A stretch of 64,000 bases of DNA, from the IMG/VR virus record IMGVR_UViG_3300037069_001724, positions 7,521 through 71,520 of that record. One strand, written 5' to 3'. Source of the DNA: a virus. The position numbers and the translations under genes are program-made. The notes beneath the pieces were generated by a model that was given only the letters and a program-made list of their open reading frames with translations, was not told the DNA's origin and ran no database searches. Below, piece by piece: positions 63,818 to 64,000 of this stretch; the stretch's first letter is position 1, and every line of letters starts with the position of its first letter.

Positions 63818-64000
63818 CTACTCGAACACGCCGTAGGTCTTCAGCGCTCCCGTCCACTTCTTGCATCCCCGCGATTTGTTGTCATCGATGTCCGACATGG
63901 TCTCCGCCATTGCACTGATCACAACGCGGGTGATCTCCGGCACGAGGTCGTCGCGCTCGTACGGCAGTCCGGCATTGGCCTGTATCGCCGCTCGCACCGC
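63818..64000 (-). CDS. 3' end of hypothetical protein (runs off window)
   Basis: Open frame AVRAAIQANAG...KTYGVFE* by manual translation. Confidence 0.45.
   Translation of the reverse strand, partial: AVRAAIQANAGLPYERDDLVPEITRVVISAMAETMSDIDDNKSRGCKKWTGALKTYGVFE

Noticed and set aside
1-64000. Prophage / temperate lifestyle
   Set aside because: No integrase, att site, CI/Cro pair or flanking host genes in the window; base substitution suggests a lytic phage, though the rest of the genome is unseen

Overview
The whole 64 kb window is phage DNA: most of the genome of a GC-rich dsDNA phage with a contractile tail. No integrase, tRNA or CRISPR array is visible. Two genes resemble, from recall, conserved Bradyrhizobium-group proteins, so the host is probably an alphaproteobacterium. 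Layout: (1) 1-2.1 kb, early genes on the minus strand, including a MoxR/CobS-like AAA ATPase. (2) 2.2-17.2 kb, a minus-strand YuA/M6-like replication operon (PolA, exonuclease, UvrD-like helicase, AEP primase, SSB-like protein) containing a DNA-modification cluster. (3) 17.7-19.3 kb, an SNF2 helicase on the plus strand. (4) 19.3-58 kb, one long minus-strand late operon: NusG paralog, Csp, terminase, TPR-glycosyltransferase, portal, head, neck fibres, sheath/tube, tape measure, baseplate, tail fibre, GH19 endolysin, lipase, ParA-like protein. (5) 58.5-64 kb, small early genes. The best candidate for an undescribed system is the thymidine hypermodification cluster at 4.3-11.6 kb. It has a dUMP hydroxymethylase, an aGPT-Pplase clade 1 protein and a P-loop kinase, as in M6/ViI. 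In place of a recognisable amino acid:DNA transferase and PLP decarboxylase it carries a T4 beta-glucosyltransferase-like enzyme, a radical SAM/SPASM enzyme and a UDG-fold protein, which suggests a sugar-bearing 5-hydroxymethyluracil derivative. All family assignments come from motif recognition by eye; no searches were run. Many starts were trimmed from the ORF track using RBS and stop/start overlaps.
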